Positions 59,196 to 64,000 of a stretch of 64,000 bases of DNA are shown here, piece by piece; within the stretch, counting starts at the first letter, position 1; each line of letters starts with the position of its first letter. Under the pieces are notes generated by a model that saw only the letters and a program-made list of their open reading frames with translations, was not told where the DNA came from and made no database searches. Made by a program: the position numbers and the translations under genes. The stretch comes from Eledone cirrhosa (lineage: Eukaryota): positions 242,358,001 to 242,422,000 of the forward strand of contig OZ024742.1 in NCBI GenBank assembly GCA_964016885.1, read 5' to 3'.

Positions 59196-59455
59196 TGAAG
59201 GTGCATGGCTTGGTGATTAGAGCGTTAGAATCTCAATCATAAGGTTGTGAGTTAGATTCCTGGACCGGAAGATGCGTTGTTTTTTAGCAAAACACTTTAT
59301 TTTACATAGTTCCAATACACTCAGCTGGAAACATGCGTTGCGACGTCACTAATGCCAAGCTACATCGGGCTTTGCCGTTCCGTTGGACAATATAAGTGGC
59401 GTAGAGAGAGGTAGAGAGAGGAGACTGGTATGCATGAGTGACTACAAGTCTTTCG
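59196..59455 (+). mobile_element. SINE family B copy
   Basis: TGGCTTGGTGATTAGAGC...GTGAGTTAGATTCCTGG...GCAAAACACTT...ACTCAGCTG. Confidence 0.7.
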
Positions 59456-59469
59456 CCAACATATCAACA

Positions 59470-59872
59470 TGGTAAATTGGCAGTATCGGTAGAGGGTTGG
59501 ACGCCATGCTTTCTAGCATAGATACGCCCCTTTACAGTATGAGTTCAAATCCCGCCGAGGTTAACTTTGCCTTTCATCCTTACGGGGTCAATAAAATAAA
59601 GTACCAGTAATGTACTGGATAATTGCTGGTCTTGTGCCTAAAGTAGAAACAATTATTAAATATTAAATATTCGAGAGCGGTGGATTGACAGTATCGGTAG
59701 ATGGTCGGACGCCATGCTTTGCAGCATAGAGTTACGGCCCTTTATGATCTGACTTCAAATCCCGCCGAGGTTAACTTTACCTTTCATCGTTACGGGGTCG
59801 ATAAAATAAAGTACCAGTAATACACTGGTGTAATTACTGGCCTTGTGCTAAATGTAGAAACAATTATTAAAT
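59470..59872 (+). mobile_element. Two tandem near full-length SINE family A copies (59470-59660, 59675-59872)
   Basis: Both show the tRNA-like head plus the family A body and end AGTAGAAACAATTATTAAATATT. Confidence 0.88.
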
Positions 59873-60197
59873 ATTCATTTGGAAATAACACTATATTTAA
59901 TTACAAGTCTTATGGAGGTAGAGATAAATCCGCAACGATATGTGTGTATGGTATATTTTTCCAGAAACAATTATTCTGCTTGCACAACAATCTTGTATAT
60001 CAGCCTCATAAACAGCAAGCACACATTGCTGCTGATAAATGTTATTGCATTTCGTTGAAGAAATACTGAAATATATTATATTACATCTCGTTTCATGCAA
60101 GTCGTGCACAATTTCTTGATCTCCATTTCTCTATCTCTCTTTCTCATCCCTCAGCTTAATTGTGTCAAATATTGTACAACTCGCGCATATGACTTAG

Positions 60198-60199
60198 TG

Positions 60200-60284
<85 letters not shown>

Positions 60285-60381
60285 GTATATATATAAATAT
60301 ATATGTATATATATAAATATATATGTATATATATGTATATATATATATGTATATATATAAATATATATGTATATATATATG

Positions 60382-60460
<79 letters not shown>

Positions 60461-60627
60461 ATATATATGTATATATATATATATATATATACGTATACAT
60501 ATATATATATATACATATATATATACGTATACATATATATATATACGTATACATATATATATATATATATATACGTATACATATATATATATATACGTAT
60601 ACATATATATATATATATATATATACG

Positions 60628-60690
<63 letters not shown>

Positions 60691-60710
60691 GTATATATAT
60701 ATATATACGT

Positions 60711-60743
<33 letters not shown>

Positions 60744-60916
60744 CGTACACATATATATATATATACGTATACATATATATATATATATATACGTATATAT
60801 ATATATATATGTATATATGTATACTTATATATACATATATATATATATATATTAATATATATATATATGTATACGTATATATATATATATATATATATGT
60901 ATACGTATATATATAC

Positions 60917-60947
<31 letters not shown>

Positions 60948-61052
60948 CATATATATATATATATACATTTATATATATATATATATATGTATACGTATAT
61001 ATATATGTATATATATATATATACATATATATATATACATATATATATATGT

Positions 61053-61089
<37 letters not shown>

Positions 61090-61095
61090 TATATG

Positions 61096-61126
<31 letters not shown>

Positions 61127-61244
61127 GTATATATATACGTATACATATATATATATATATACGTATACATATATATATATATTAATATATATATATATAT
61201 ATGTATATATAAGTATACATATATACATATATATATATATATAC

Positions 61245-61280
<36 letters not shown>

Positions 61281-61314
61281 ACGTATATATATATATATAT
61301 ATATATATATACGT

Positions 61315-61369
<55 letters not shown>
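60198..61369. repeat. Interrupted (AT)n with ATGT and ATACGT variants
   Basis: Directly visible. Confidence 0.95.
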
Positions 61370-61371
<2 letters not shown>

Positions 61372-63975
61372 ATAAAAACACTTGAGTGCATTAGAGTCAA
61401 ACACACTCATCGCATTAGAGAAATGACAGTACAAGAGATAGCTCAATGTTATCAAACACAGCCGAAAAAATTATATAAATCAACAGAGAAGCCTTTAATA
61501 CATTAAAAATCTTTATTCGCTGACAATGTTTCGTCCTAGTAATTAGGACTCTTCAGAGCAAGGAAAAGACAAATATCAACGGCTAGAACAAGCCAAAATT
61601 CAGAAGAATAGAGAAATAGAAAAATAGAAATTTAAATGTTACATTATAAGATATAATGTGCAGGTAATATAAAAACAGGATAAGGAGGCAAGGTCTAGGA
61701 TGTTGCGACATATTAAGATTTCAGGTAACTAAGAAAGGGCACTAAATTACTAATGGGTAAAAAATTATAATATTTATAACACACCCGATACTATGTAAGG
61801 AAGGATATTTCGGAAAATTATCCAGGAAAGACGTGTCAAACCTAATAGGGTACATTGGTACATAAAAACTATAGGGCAAGAGAGCAAGCAAACATTAAAA
61901 TAGCCACGTTAAAAGTACAATATATGTCCAATACTCGAAATACAACATAGTAATATATTCCGAGAAATAAGATATAAAAAATATTATATAATGTACAATA
62001 CAATGCAATATATAATACAGAAATAAAATTTAATATATGCATATACACACACACTCACACACATATATATACACACACATATACACATTTACACATACAC
62101 ATATTAACACAAATATATATATATATATGCACTATAATAGAATAATCACCCTGACGGTGTGATTAAACAATACTAAAATCAAAAAAATATTGACATTAAA
62201 AAACATAAATACTTCCAACGTACCATGCAAAGTCAACATAACATGTATAAAAACATAACGTATACCACAGGGTAAAAATAATACCATAAATAAAATAAAG
62301 TATGGTAAAAAAATATATATATGGTAAAGAATATATAATATACACAATAAATAATGAAATATAACAGGTAAATATTTACCGATAAATACCGATAAAATAA
62401 AATTAAAATAAATGAGCGTATAGCAAATATACGATAAGAAGTATATAGATATAGGCAATTCAAATACATACAGCAATATAATATTACATATTAATATTTC
62501 AACAGCAAACATATAAATCATATTTACTCAATATATTCATCCACACAAGTGACAAAGGAAAGGAAAGACAGACAGAAGCAACAAATTATAAAACAAAAAC
62601 AAAAACGCGTAGGCACAACAAACTGCTAGGTGAAAATTAATGATACAAGTCAAATAACTGAATCGAAACCCTTCTTAATTTTAATTAATTTATTAAAAGT
62701 TAAATAAACATTATGGTACACTCCATTTGGAACAAATTTTAAGTCACTAATACCGATAGAAATTAAGATATTCCAATAAATGAGCGAAGACATTCATCGA
62801 ATATATATTTAATTTCCGTTATGACGACTGACGTTATTCAAAGTAAAGATTCCAATAAAATCTATGGTGGACAAAAAGGAACAGAAAGAAGTAAAACTAT
62901 GGAGGACAAGAAGGAACATAAAGATATAATATATATATTCAATAAGGCAAAGATTAAGTGTAGAAAAAAATGAAGTTCATTAACCGTAGATGTAGAAGAC
63001 AAAAATTAAACTATTAGTTAATCAAGGAGACAATAAGATACTCTCCAACTAGGGATGAATATAAAGATAGAAATATATTAGTCGACAAAGGATGAGTATA
63101 AAGATAGAGATATAATAATGGACAAGGGACTAAATAGGCTAAATAAGCTAAAAAAACTAGAAAACTAAAAATTAATAAACCGAAGAAAACTAATAATAAT
63201 AATAACAAACTAAAAAAAAATAAAATGATAAGCAATCCAAACAGCTATTGAATACGAATACGCCACAAAACAATTGTGTTATACATATAACTAAACATCC
63301 ACACACATATACATATTCACAAACAATATATATCTACAAATATACCCACAGATACAAAACCCTATACCCACAGAACCACTCACGTGCTAAACTTTCACAT
63401 ACCAACCATCTCAAGAGAGTGTGTGTATCCATTCGCCAATGATGAAGTATCTACGTCCAGCTATAGAAGACGCCATCCTGTATAGACACCATAACTCACA
63501 GAAAAGAGTAAGAACATACAGAATATAGAAATAAAAAAAAAAATAAAAATAAAAATAAAAATAAAATATAAAATATAAAAAATATCTAGACAAGACGTCT
63601 AATCCAGAATAGTAAAGTGAGATTCAGAAAAATCAACTACCTGAGCTTTTAGGTTTATAATAGAAGAAGGAATTAGAGATAGCATGCGGACAGGATGAAA
63701 AGATTTCTATTAAGTAATACATTTTTAGAGAAGATTATACAATGGGTTTCTAGAATGCAAAGATTACAGAATTTAGCGTGGGTGGAATAATGGTTAGAAT
63801 AGGCTACAATCCGCCAATGCAGACTGTACGGTATACCGGTCCCTTTCAAATCCCAAACATGATGCGCCAAAGAAGTTGAGTTTTTAAATTAAATATGTTT
63901 AAAGTTAGAGACATGCAAATTAAACCTCGTTTTAAATGAATTAGAGGTGGAGCCTATATAAGTTTTACAAGATAC
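61370..63975 (-). mobile_element. Penelope-like element 5 (same family as PLE 2): GIY-YIG fragment, ~2.1-kb 3' UTR, hammerhead; (AT)n on both sides
   Basis: YIGSTSNSFKTRFN...LAHHVWDLKGTGIPYSLHWRIVA...CNLCILE; UTR segments align with 31.8-33.5 kb. Confidence 0.85.
61517..61561 (-). ncRNA. Minimal type I hammerhead, canonical GUC site
   Basis: rc: TTGCT-CTGAAGA-GTCCTAa tta cTAGGAC-GAA-ACATTGT-C-AGCGA, overlapping AATAAA. Confidence 0.88.
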
Positions 63976-64000
63976 GTGTATATATATATATATATATATA

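Overview
AT-rich, repeat-saturated eukaryotic (animal) genomic DNA with no recognisable host gene. The huge interrupted (AT)n arrays and the SINE families suggest an octopus/cephalopod-type genome (inference). Most listed ORFs (YIYI...) are microsatellite artefacts. The real coding content is all retrotransposon-derived: four Penelope-like element (PLE) copies (RT and/or C-terminal GIY-YIG), a near-intact CR1-group LINE ORF2, a decayed full-length Tx1/L1-type element in (GATA)n, three RTE 3' fragments and many tRNA-derived SINEs. The main hidden signal is RNA-level. Reading both strands by eye gives about 20 type I hammerhead ribozyme (HHR) motifs or remnants, with covarying stem I and mostly palindromic stem III. 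They occur (i) at the end of long PLE 3' UTRs next to (AT)n, (ii) in non-coding foldback/palindromic PLE-tail derivatives, and (iii) once per unit in a ~455-bp non-coding tandem repeat present at two loci, which looks like a retrozyme (candidate circular-RNA) family. One HHR carries a compensated U3-A8 core. All structures were folded by hand; none was tested computationally or experimentally.
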